NCBI GenBank assembly: GCA_963822965.1
Contig: CAWGJT010000005.1
Coordinates: forward strand, 1,216,001 to 1,280,000
Length of the DNA stretch: 64,000 nt
Origin: an uncultured delta proteobacterium
GTDB taxonomy: Bacteria > Myxococcota_A > UBA9160 > UBA4427
Direction of reading: 5' to 3'
In this document: positions 48,664 through 56,259 of the stretch, piece by piece
Layout: each line of letters begins with the position of its first letter
Numbering within the stretch: position 1 is the stretch's first letter
The notes under the pieces: model-generated
What the model saw: only the letters and a program-made list of their open reading frames with translations
What the model was told of the DNA's origin: nothing
Databases searched by the model: none
Translations under genes and position numbers: made by a program

Positions 48664-48701
48664 TTGCAACAAAGTTCTCCGTAGCGGAGAATGTGGTTTC
48701 C
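48664..48701 (+). promoter_or_regulatory. Promoter/operator motif copy
   Basis: TTGCAA-caaa-GTTCTC-cgtagcg-GAGAAT-gtg-GTTTCC in the divergent SDR/Rieske gap. Confidence 0.8.
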
Positions 48702-48747
48702 GGCCCCTGGGCCGACGGCGCGACCCCCTAGCTCGGGAGGAGACCCC

Positions 48748-50031
48748 TTGGCCCGCTTTCCCAGACCGCCCGAAGGCACCTGGACCGAGCATCACCCCGA
48801 CCTCGGAACCGGACCGGTCTCGTTCGAGGACTCCGTCTCGCCCGCGTTCTGGGACCTCGAGCGCGAGGCGATCTTCCGGCGCGCCTGGCTCAACGTCGGG
48901 CGGGTCGAGCAGCTGCCCCGGAACGGGAGCTACTTCACCAAGACCCTGCCGGGCCTCCGAGCCTCGGTCATCGTGACGCGCGACCGGGACGGCGAGGTCC
49001 GGGCTTTCCACAACGTGTGCCGGCATCGCGGCAACCGACTGCTGTGGGAGGGCACGCCCCACGGCGAGTCCTGTGGCAAGGCCCGCCAGCTCGTGTGCAA
49101 GTACCACGGCTGGCGCTACGGCCTCGACGGGGCCTGCACCTACGTCCACCAGGAGAGCGAGTTCTTCGACGTGAAGAAGGAAGAGCTCGGTCTCGCCCCG
49201 GTCCACTGCGACACCTTCGCCGGCTTCGTGTTCGTGAACCTGGACCGCGAGCCCTGCTCTGCGCTGCGCGAGTACCTCGGGCCGATGGTCGGCGCGCTCG
49301 AGGGCTACCCGTTCGACCGCATGACCGAGCGCTACTCGTTCCGTGCCGAGAACGAGAGCAACTGGAAGATCTTCAGCGACGCCTTCCAGGAGTACTACCA
49401 CGTGCCGCCGCTGCACACGCACCAGCTCGGCCCCACCCCCGAGGCCCAGAACCCCGAGTACGAGTTCGAGGGGGCCCACTACCAGATCGACGGGCCGCAC
49501 CGCATGGTGAGCACGGACGGCACCTACAAGCACTTGTGGCCCAAGGAGCACCTCTATCCCGCAGAGACGCTCACACGCAGCGGCAGCACGGGGCCGTGGG
49601 ATGCGCCGGAGCTCGGCGAAACCCCGGGCGTCAACCCGTCGGGTACGCCTCGCTGGGGCATCGACAACTTCCAGGTCTTCCCGAACCTCGAAATCCTGAT
49701 CTACGAGCGCGGCTGGTTCGTCACGTACCGCTACTGGCCGACATCGCACAACACCCACGTGTACGAGGGCGATCTCCACTTCGTGCCGGCGCGAAACGCC
49801 CGCGAGCGCCTGGCCCACGAGTACGCCGCGCTCACCTTCAAGGAGTACGCGCTGCAGGACTGCGGCACGCTCGACGGCACCCAGATGGGACTCGAGCAGG
49901 GGGTGTTCGACACGTTCCCCCTGAATGACCAGGAGATCCTGGTACGCCACTTCCACAAGACCGTGGGCGACTGGGTCGATGCCTACGCACGCGAGCGAAC
50001 GCACGGCCGAGAAGGGGGCACGCCGCGATGA
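48748..50031 (+). CDS. Rieske non-heme iron oxygenase alpha subunit
   Basis: GGAGGAG precedes TTG48748. CRHRG...CKYHGW, NWK...DAFQEYYHVPPLH and LQD motifs. Confidence 0.95.
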   Translation: MARFPRPPEGTWTEHHPDLGTGPVSFEDSVSPAFWDLEREAIFRRAWLNVGRVEQLPRNGSYFTKTLPGLRASVIVTRDRDGEVRAFHNVCRHRGNRLLWEGTPHGESCGKARQLVCKYHGWRYGLDGACTYVHQESEFFDVKKEELGLAPVHCDTFAGFVFVNLDREPCSALREYLGPMVGALEGYPFDRMTERYSFRAENESNWKIFSDAFQEYYHVPPLHTHQLGPTPEAQNPEYEFEGAHYQIDGPHRMVSTDGTYKHLWPKEHLYPAETLTRSGSTGPWDAPELGETPGVNPSGTPRWGIDNFQVFPNLEILIYERGWFVTYRYWPTSHNTHVYEGDLHFVPARNARERLAHEYAALTFKEYALQDCGTLDGTQMGLEQGVFDTFPLNDQEILVRHFHKTVGDWVDAYARERTHGREGGTPR

Positions 50032-50363
50032 GCGACGCGCTGCTGCCGCCGGAGTTCGACGACGTCGAGCCCTGGGCCGCCACCTGGTGCCTGGCGACGG
50101 AGCCCGAGCGCTGGGCCCGACGGCTCGCGAGCCCCATGGCGGAGCTCCAGGCGTTCTACGATGCCTTCTTCCCCCGCGCCGAGGAGGCGATCGCGTGGTG
50201 TGACCGCTTCCCGCTCGACGACATGCCCGCGGACGCCCAGCGGCTGCTCCAGCTCCTGCACTCGCTGCTGATGGTGTCCTACGCCGTGGAGGTCTGGAAG
50301 CAGCCCGAGGTGGTGAACGGCGGGTCCGCTCGCATCGACCGGATCCTGGCACCCCTCCCCTGA
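50028..50363 (+). CDS. Small hypothetical protein (Rieske-associated, copy 2)
   Basis: 111 aa. ATGA overlap with the Rieske gene. Paralog of 46160..46495. Confidence 0.85.
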   Translation: MSDALLPPEFDDVEPWAATWCLATEPERWARRLASPMAELQAFYDAFFPRAEEAIAWCDRFPLDDMPADAQRLLQLLHSLLMVSYAVEVWKQPEVVNGGSARIDRILAPLP

Positions 50364-50398
50364 GGCCCTGACATGCGGATCTGCCAGGAGAATCGAGA

Positions 50399-51235
50399 AT
50401 GCCGCGCCTGACCACCTTCGACGAGTACCGCGATCGCTACCCGGACTATGCGCTCGAGAAGACCGACGACGGCATCCTGCTCATGCGCATGCACCGCGAC
50501 GGCGGCCCTGCAGTCTGGGACGAACGCATGCACCACGACACCGCCAACCTCTTCAACGACGTGGCGGGTGATCGCGACGTCCGCGTCGTGATCTACACCG
50601 GGACCGGCGAGAACTTCAACGCCAACTGGGGCCAGACGGAGACGAAGCGGCCCTACTTCAAGGCTCCCGCCGAGTGGGCCGAAGAGATGGCGTGGTACGG
50701 GCGACTTCGGCACATCAACCTGCTGGAGATCGACGCCATCATGATCGCGGCGGTGAACGGCCCCGCGAACATCCACTCGGAGCTGGCGTTCCTCTGCGAC
50801 ATCGTGCTGGCCTCCGACGACGCCTACTTCCAGGACCTGGCCCACTTCCCGCGCAACCTTTCTCCCGGTGATGGCCTGCAGAACGTCTGGCCGCTCGTCC
50901 TGGGCCGCAACCGCTTCCGCTACGCCCAGCTCATGGCCCAGAAGATCACGGCCCAGATGGCCCACGAGTGGGGCGCCGTGAACGAGGTGCTGCCGAAGGC
51001 CCGGGTGCTCGACCGCGCCTGGGAGATCGCGCGCTACCTGCTGCGCTTCTCGCCGATCGTGTTGCGCCACACGCGTCGGACCTTCACGCAGCCGTTCAAG
51101 CGGCTCGCGATCGACGACCTCGGCTACGGGCAGACGATGGAGGTCCTCGGCATGACCCAGTTCACCCCCTTCGGCGGGGGCCAGGAGCCACTCGACCGCG
51201 CCTGGGACGATCCCGACCTGTGGAAGAAGGACTGA
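50399..51235 (+). CDS. Crotonase-family protein resembling 6-oxocamphor/beta-diketone hydrolase
   Basis: AVNGP, IHSEL, FQDLAHFPRNLSPGDG, WPLVLGRNRFRY and GAVNEVL motifs. Confidence 0.85.
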   Translation: MPRLTTFDEYRDRYPDYALEKTDDGILLMRMHRDGGPAVWDERMHHDTANLFNDVAGDRDVRVVIYTGTGENFNANWGQTETKRPYFKAPAEWAEEMAWYGRLRHINLLEIDAIMIAAVNGPANIHSELAFLCDIVLASDDAYFQDLAHFPRNLSPGDGLQNVWPLVLGRNRFRYAQLMAQKITAQMAHEWGAVNEVLPKARVLDRAWEIARYLLRFSPIVLRHTRRTFTQPFKRLAIDDLGYGQTMEVLGMTQFTPFGGGQEPLDRAWDDPDLWKKD

Positions 51236-51244
51236 GCGGGACGG

Positions 51245-52123
51245 ATGGACGATCTGAACGGACGAGTCGCCGTCGTCACGGGGGGCGGAAGCGGGATTGG
51301 ACGCGGCCTGTGCCTCGGGCTCGCCGCCGAGGGAATGACGGTCGCGGTGGCGGACGTCCAGACCTCGAACGCCGAGGCCGTGGCCGCGGAGATCGAGTCC
51401 GCGGGCGGACGGTCCTTCGCGGTGGGCGTCGATGTGACCTCCGCCCCGTCGCTGCACGCGGCCGCCAAGGAGGTGGTCGCGCGGGCGGGCGGCGTGAACC
51501 TGCTGTGCGCGAACGCGGGCGTGCTCGCCCGCATCGGGCCCCTCGAGGCCCACACCGCCCTGGACTGGGAGTACACGCTGTCCGTGAACGTGATGGGCGT
51601 CGTGAAGACGGTCGACGCCTTCCTGCCGGCGCTGCGCGAGAGCGCGCCGGATGCGCACATCCTGACGACCGCATCGCTCGGCGGGCTGGTCTCCGAAGTG
51701 CGAGCCCCAATCGGCGCGTACACCGCGTCGAAGTACGCCTGCGTGGGCTACAGCGAGATGCTGCGCGCCGAGCTCGAAGGCCAGGGCATCGGCGTGTCCG
51801 TGCTGTGCCCGGGCGTCGTCACTTCCAACCTGATGGGCACCTCTGCCGAGAACCGACCCGACGCGTTCGGAGAGCAGGCCGCCCCGAAGCTGACGCCGGA
51901 GCGCGGCGGCAACGATGCGGCCCGGCTCGCCGGCTTCGCGATGTCGGCCGAAGACGTGGGGCCGACCGTGATCCGTGCCATCCGGGCGAACCGTTTCCAC
52001 GTGCTCACCCACCCGCAGGCGAGGCGGCTCGTCGAGGATCGCTTCCGCGCACTGCTCGAGGACTTCGACTTCGCGGAGTCCGGGCGCACGAAGCCGGGCA
52101 AGAAGCAGAGAGAGGAGAGCTAG
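51245..52123 (+). CDS. SDR oxidoreductase
   Basis: VTGGGSGIG, CANAGV, YTASK and VSVLCPG motifs. Confidence 0.92.
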   Translation: MDDLNGRVAVVTGGGSGIGRGLCLGLAAEGMTVAVADVQTSNAEAVAAEIESAGGRSFAVGVDVTSAPSLHAAAKEVVARAGGVNLLCANAGVLARIGPLEAHTALDWEYTLSVNVMGVVKTVDAFLPALRESAPDAHILTTASLGGLVSEVRAPIGAYTASKYACVGYSEMLRAELEGQGIGVSVLCPGVVTSNLMGTSAENRPDAFGEQAAPKLTPERGGNDAARLAGFAMSAEDVGPTVIRAIRANRFHVLTHPQARRLVEDRFRALLEDFDFAESGRTKPGKKQREES

Positions 52124-52125
52124 GG

Positions 52126-52566
52126 ATGGCACAGGTTCCGATCGCGAAGGGCATCTTCAGCTGGCCCTCGGACGACCCCCAGCTGATCGGCGGGCGCTGC
52201 AGCGCATGCGGAATCGTCACCTTTCCCGCCCAGGACGCCTGCCCGCGCTGCGCCTCGACCCGGATGGCCGAGCACCTGCTGGCGCGGCGCGGCCGTCTGT
52301 GGGCCTGGACGACGCAGGAATTCCCGCCGCCCTCGCCGCCCTACACCGGGCCCAGCGGCGACGACTTCGTCCCCTACGGCGTGGGCTACGTGGCGCTGGG
52401 CGGCGAGGTGCGCGTCGAGAGTCGCCTCACCGAGACCGAAGGGCTCGAGACCGGCATGGAGATGGAGCTCGTGGTGGTGCCGTTCCGCACGGACGAAGAG
52501 GGCAACGAGGTCGTGACGTTCGCATTCCGACCCATCGGTGCAAGCGAAACGCGCAGCGAACCCTAG
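52126..52566 (+). CDS. DUF35 Zn-ribbon/OB-fold protein
   Basis: CSACG...FP...CPRC, GRLWAWT and FAFRP motifs. Lies directly upstream of the thiolase-fold gene. Confidence 0.9.
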   Translation: MAQVPIAKGIFSWPSDDPQLIGGRCSACGIVTFPAQDACPRCASTRMAEHLLARRGRLWAWTTQEFPPPSPPYTGPSGDDFVPYGVGYVALGGEVRVESRLTETEGLETGMEMELVVVPFRTDEEGNEVVTFAFRPIGASETRSEP

Positions 52567-52592
52567 CCGAGCGAAGAAGGGAAGGAGAAGAG

Positions 52593-53735
52593 ATGGACGT
52601 CGCGATCGTAGGCGTGGGGCTTCACCCCTTCGGCCGCTTCGGGGACCTGACGGGCATCGACATGGGCGCGATCGCCGTCCGCAAGGCCCTGGCCGACGCG
52701 GGCATCGAGTGGAAGGACGTCCAGTTCGCCTTCGCGGGAAGCTACGAGATCGACAACCCCGACGCGGTGGTCGCGTTCCTGGGGCTCACGGGCATCCCGT
52801 TCACCAACGTCTACAACGGTTGTGCGACAGCCGGGAGCGTGCTTTCGCTCGCTGCCGACACGATCCGGCTGGGCGACCACGACCTCGGCATCGCCATCGG
52901 CATGGACAAGCACCTGCCGGGCGCCTTCAGCGCCGACCCGCGCCTCTACGCCTGCCCGTCGTGGTACGGAGAGCAGGGTCAGTTCCTCACTCCCAAGTTC
53001 TTCGGGATGAAGATCAACAAGTACATGGGCGACCACGGGATCGCCTCCCGAACGCTGGCCCGGGTGGTCGCCAAGAACCTGCGCAACGGCGCCCTCAACC
53101 CGAACGCCTTCCGGCGCAAGCCGATCCCGGAGGAGGAGATCCTCCGTTCGCGCATGCTCAGCCATCCGCTCACCCAGTACATGTTCTGCAGCCCAGACGA
53201 GGGCGCGGCGGCCGTGGTGCTGTGCCGGGCCGACCGGGCGCACCGCTACACCGACAAGCCGATCTACCTCCGCGCCAGCGCGGTGCGAACGCGGCGGCTC
53301 GGCGCCTTCGAGGTGCACAGCCCCTGGCTCCCGGTCGAGGAGACCGTCGGCCCCACCGTGGACGCGTCGCGGGCCGCCTACGAGAAGGCGGGCATCGGGC
53401 CCGAGGACGTGGACGTGATTCAGCTGCAGGACACCGACGCCGGCGCGGAGGTGATCCACCTGGCCGAGAACGGCTTCTGCGCCGACGGTGAGCAGGAGAA
53501 GCTCGTAGCGGACGGCGAGCTCGAGATCGGCGGACGGCTGCCCGTGAACACCGACGGCGGGCTGCTCGCGAACGGCGAGCCGATCGGCGCGTCGGGGCTC
53601 CGACAGATCCACGAGGTGGTGTTGCAGCTGCGTGGCCAGGCGGGCGAGCGTCAGGTTCCGGGCGACCCGAAGGTCGGCTACACGCAGCTCTACGGTGCGC
53701 CCGGGGTGGCGGGCGTGTCGATCTTGTCGCGGTAG
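52593..53735 (+). CDS. Thiolase-fold protein (SCP-x/lipid-transfer type)
   Basis: GVGLHPFG, NGCATAG, DEGAAAVV, NTDGGLLANGEPIGASG and QLRGQAGERQV motifs. Confidence 0.92.
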   Translation: MDVAIVGVGLHPFGRFGDLTGIDMGAIAVRKALADAGIEWKDVQFAFAGSYEIDNPDAVVAFLGLTGIPFTNVYNGCATAGSVLSLAADTIRLGDHDLGIAIGMDKHLPGAFSADPRLYACPSWYGEQGQFLTPKFFGMKINKYMGDHGIASRTLARVVAKNLRNGALNPNAFRRKPIPEEEILRSRMLSHPLTQYMFCSPDEGAAAVVLCRADRAHRYTDKPIYLRASAVRTRRLGAFEVHSPWLPVEETVGPTVDASRAAYEKAGIGPEDVDVIQLQDTDAGAEVIHLAENGFCADGEQEKLVADGELEIGGRLPVNTDGGLLANGEPIGASGLRQIHEVVLQLRGQAGERQVPGDPKVGYTQLYGAPGVAGVSILSR

Positions 53736-53808
53736 AGGGCGGGGACACGAGAGCCAGTCCGTCCGCAGGATCGCGAACGTAGGATTCACAGGAGAGGTTC
53801 GAGCGTCC

Positions 53809-55284
53809 ATGAGCGACTTCAGCCAGCCCGAGGGGCGTCTGTTCATCGACGGTGAGTTTCGCGATGCGCGATCCGGCGCCGTCTACGAGAACGTCAATCC
53901 CGCCACCGAGGAGGTGATCGGGCAGGTCGCGGACGCCGCGGCGGCCGAAATGAACGACGCCATCGCGGCCGCCCGTCGCGCCTTCGACGAGAGCACCTGG
54001 GCGACCGACCGCGCCCTGCGCAAGCGCTGCTTGGTGCAGCTCCGCGAGGGGCTCGAGAAGGAGAAGGAGAACCTGCGCCAGCAGACCGTGGCCGAGGTGG
54101 GCTCTCCTCTCCAGCTGACCTACGCGGTGCAGGGCGACTCGGTGATCGCGGACCTGGGCTGGGTGACGGAGCTGATCGAGCGCTTCGAGTGGAAGCGCGA
54201 GCTCCCGGTTCACGAGTTCTTCGGAATGAAGAGCCGCCGGCAGGTCTGGAAGGAGCCGGTGGGCGTGGTGGGCGCGATCACGCCCTGGAACTTCCCGTTG
54301 CAGGTCAACCTCTCCAAGGTCGGCCCCGCCCTGGCGGCCGGCAACGCGGTGGTACTGAAGCCCGCGCCGGACACGCCCTGGAACGCGTCCTTCATCGCCA
54401 GGGTGGTGGCCGAGTACACGGACATCCCGCCCGGCATCTTCAACGTGGTCTCCTCTGCGGACCCTGCGGCCGTCGGTGAGGTGCTGACCACGGACCCGCG
54501 CGTGGACCTCGTCACCTTCACGGGCTCGACGGCCGTTGGCCGGCGCATCATGGCGGCCGGCTCGGAGACCCTGAAGAAGGTCTTCCTCGAGCTCGGCGGG
54601 AAGTCGGCGAACATCGTCCTCGACGACGCGGACCTGGCGAAGGTGTGCGGCTTCGCCGGAATGTCCGTGTGCACCCACGCGGGGCAGGGCTGCGCGATGA
54701 CGACGCGGCTGCTGCTTCCGCGCTCCCGCTACGAAGAGGGCGTCGAGATCGCGAAGGCGTCCTTCGAGGCCGTGAAGTACGGCGACCCGACCGACATCCA
54801 GAACGTCATGGGCCCGCTGATCAACGCCCGCCAACGCGAGCGGGTGCTGGGCTACATCCAGAAGGGAGTCTCCGAGGGCGCCCGCCTGGTCACCGGCGGC
54901 AAGCGGCCGGCACACCTGCCCAAGGGCTACTACGTGGAGCCCACGCTCTTCGCCGACGTGGACAACGCGATGACCATCGCCCAGGAGGAGATCTTCGGGC
55001 CCGTGCTCGTCGCGATTCCCTTCGACGACGACGACGACGCGGTTCGCATCGCCAACGACTCGGTCTACGGACTCTCGGGGGGGATCATGTCGAGCTCGGA
55101 GGAGAGGGCGCTGGCGGTGGCAGCGCGCATCCGGACCGGCACGCTCGCGGTCAACGGCGGCCTCTGGTTCGGTCCCGACGCGCCCTTCGGCGGCTACAAG
55201 CAGAGCGGGGTGGGTCGCGAGATGGGCGTCGAGGGCTTCTCCGAGTACCTCGAGACGAAGACGATCGGCCTGCCGGCGACCTGA
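53809..55284 (+). CDS. Aldehyde dehydrogenase
   Basis: ITPWNFP, FTGST, LELGGKS, GQGC, EEIFGPV and PFGGYKQSG motifs. Confidence 0.96.
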   Translation: MSDFSQPEGRLFIDGEFRDARSGAVYENVNPATEEVIGQVADAAAAEMNDAIAAARRAFDESTWATDRALRKRCLVQLREGLEKEKENLRQQTVAEVGSPLQLTYAVQGDSVIADLGWVTELIERFEWKRELPVHEFFGMKSRRQVWKEPVGVVGAITPWNFPLQVNLSKVGPALAAGNAVVLKPAPDTPWNASFIARVVAEYTDIPPGIFNVVSSADPAAVGEVLTTDPRVDLVTFTGSTAVGRRIMAAGSETLKKVFLELGGKSANIVLDDADLAKVCGFAGMSVCTHAGQGCAMTTRLLLPRSRYEEGVEIAKASFEAVKYGDPTDIQNVMGPLINARQRERVLGYIQKGVSEGARLVTGGKRPAHLPKGYYVEPTLFADVDNAMTIAQEEIFGPVLVAIPFDDDDDAVRIANDSVYGLSGGIMSSSEERALAVAARIRTGTLAVNGGLWFGPDAPFGGYKQSGVGREMGVEGFSEYLETKTIGLPAT

Positions 55285-55299
55285 GCCCAGCGATTTGGC

Positions 55300-55662
55300 T
55301 CAGTCCGGGGGCCGCTTCGCAATCACGTACTCGTCGACCGGACGCCCCCCGATCAGGTGTTCCTGGATGATCCGCTCCAGGACCTCGGGGCTGCACGCGC
55401 GGTACCAGACGCCTTCGGGGTAGACGACCGCGATCGGCCCCTGCATGCAGATCCGCAGGCAGTTGACCTTGCTGCGGTAGACGCCACCGTGATCGACGAG
55501 CTCGAGCTCGGCCAGGCGTCTCTTCAGGTAGGCCCAGGACTCGAGGCTGGACTCCTTGCGTGAGCACTTCGGCTCGCTCTGATCGGCGCACAGGAAGATG
55601 TGGCGCTCGATCCTCTCGACACCCAGTCTCTCGACGGTCTTGCGTAGGAGCTTCTCCAACAT
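55300..55662 (-). CDS. Thioredoxin-like [2Fe-2S] ferredoxin
   Basis: HIFLC...KC...[20 protein letters not shown]. Confidence 0.9.
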   Translation of the reverse strand: MLEKLLRKTVERLGVERIERHIFLCADQSEPKCSRKESSLESWAYLKRRLAELELVDHGGVYRSKVNCLRICMQGPIAVVYPEGVWYRACSPEVLERIIQEHLIGGRPVDEYVIAKRPPD

Positions 55663-55770
55663 CGCTCAGCGCCCGGCAGCCCGGTAGTCGTCGTGGCTCC
55701 CCGAGCTCCACATCCCGATCGAGTCGGCGTTCGTGTTCGGCGGGTAGCGCATGAACAGGAATCCTCGCTC

Positions 55771-55808
55771 TTGCAATCATACTCTCATTTGCAGAGAATG
55801 TGATTTCC
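55771..55808 (+). promoter_or_regulatory. Promoter/operator motif copy
   Basis: TTGCAA-tcat-ACTCTC-atttgca-GAGAAT-gtg-ATTTCC. Confidence 0.8.
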
Positions 55809-55834
55809 CATCGACCCGAGGGCGGGACGACACA

Positions 55835-56015
55835 GGCGACGATTCTCGCGGGCGTGCGGATCCTGGAGGCACAGCTTCGTACCGGCCGCTTCGGCAGTGA
55901 CCTCCGGCCTGCGCGCGGACTCTCGGCGGCGCGAGCGTCCGCAAGCGACTCGAGATCGACGTCGAGCAGATCCGCGCCGCCAACCCACGGATCATCCCCG
56001 TGCGCGGCACCGGAC
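55835..56015 (+). pseudogene. Heavily deleted remnant of a CaiB/BaiF (family III) CoA-transferase
   Basis: ILAGVRILE is the family III N-terminal motif. In another frame, SVRKRLEIDVEQIRAANPRIIPVRGTG matches the L.(A/I)NP.LIY..SG region. Confidence 0.6.
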
Positions 56016-56259
56016 GGGACAGTGGGGACTCTTCGATCTCGAGCATGGGTATGCGTGGGGTGCGACGGGGACGTGGAACATCGAAGTGCCTCCCGCTCAT
56101 TCTCTTGAGTGACGTAGCCGCCGGCACCTGGGTGCTGCGACGCGCGCGTGATCACCGAGCGGATGGGGGCTACCCAATCGCGCCGCGCGATCTCGCCCTG
56201 CTCGCTCGTCGAGCCTCGAGACCCTCCGGGGTCCTGGCGGACGCGGTAGACTCGATGCC

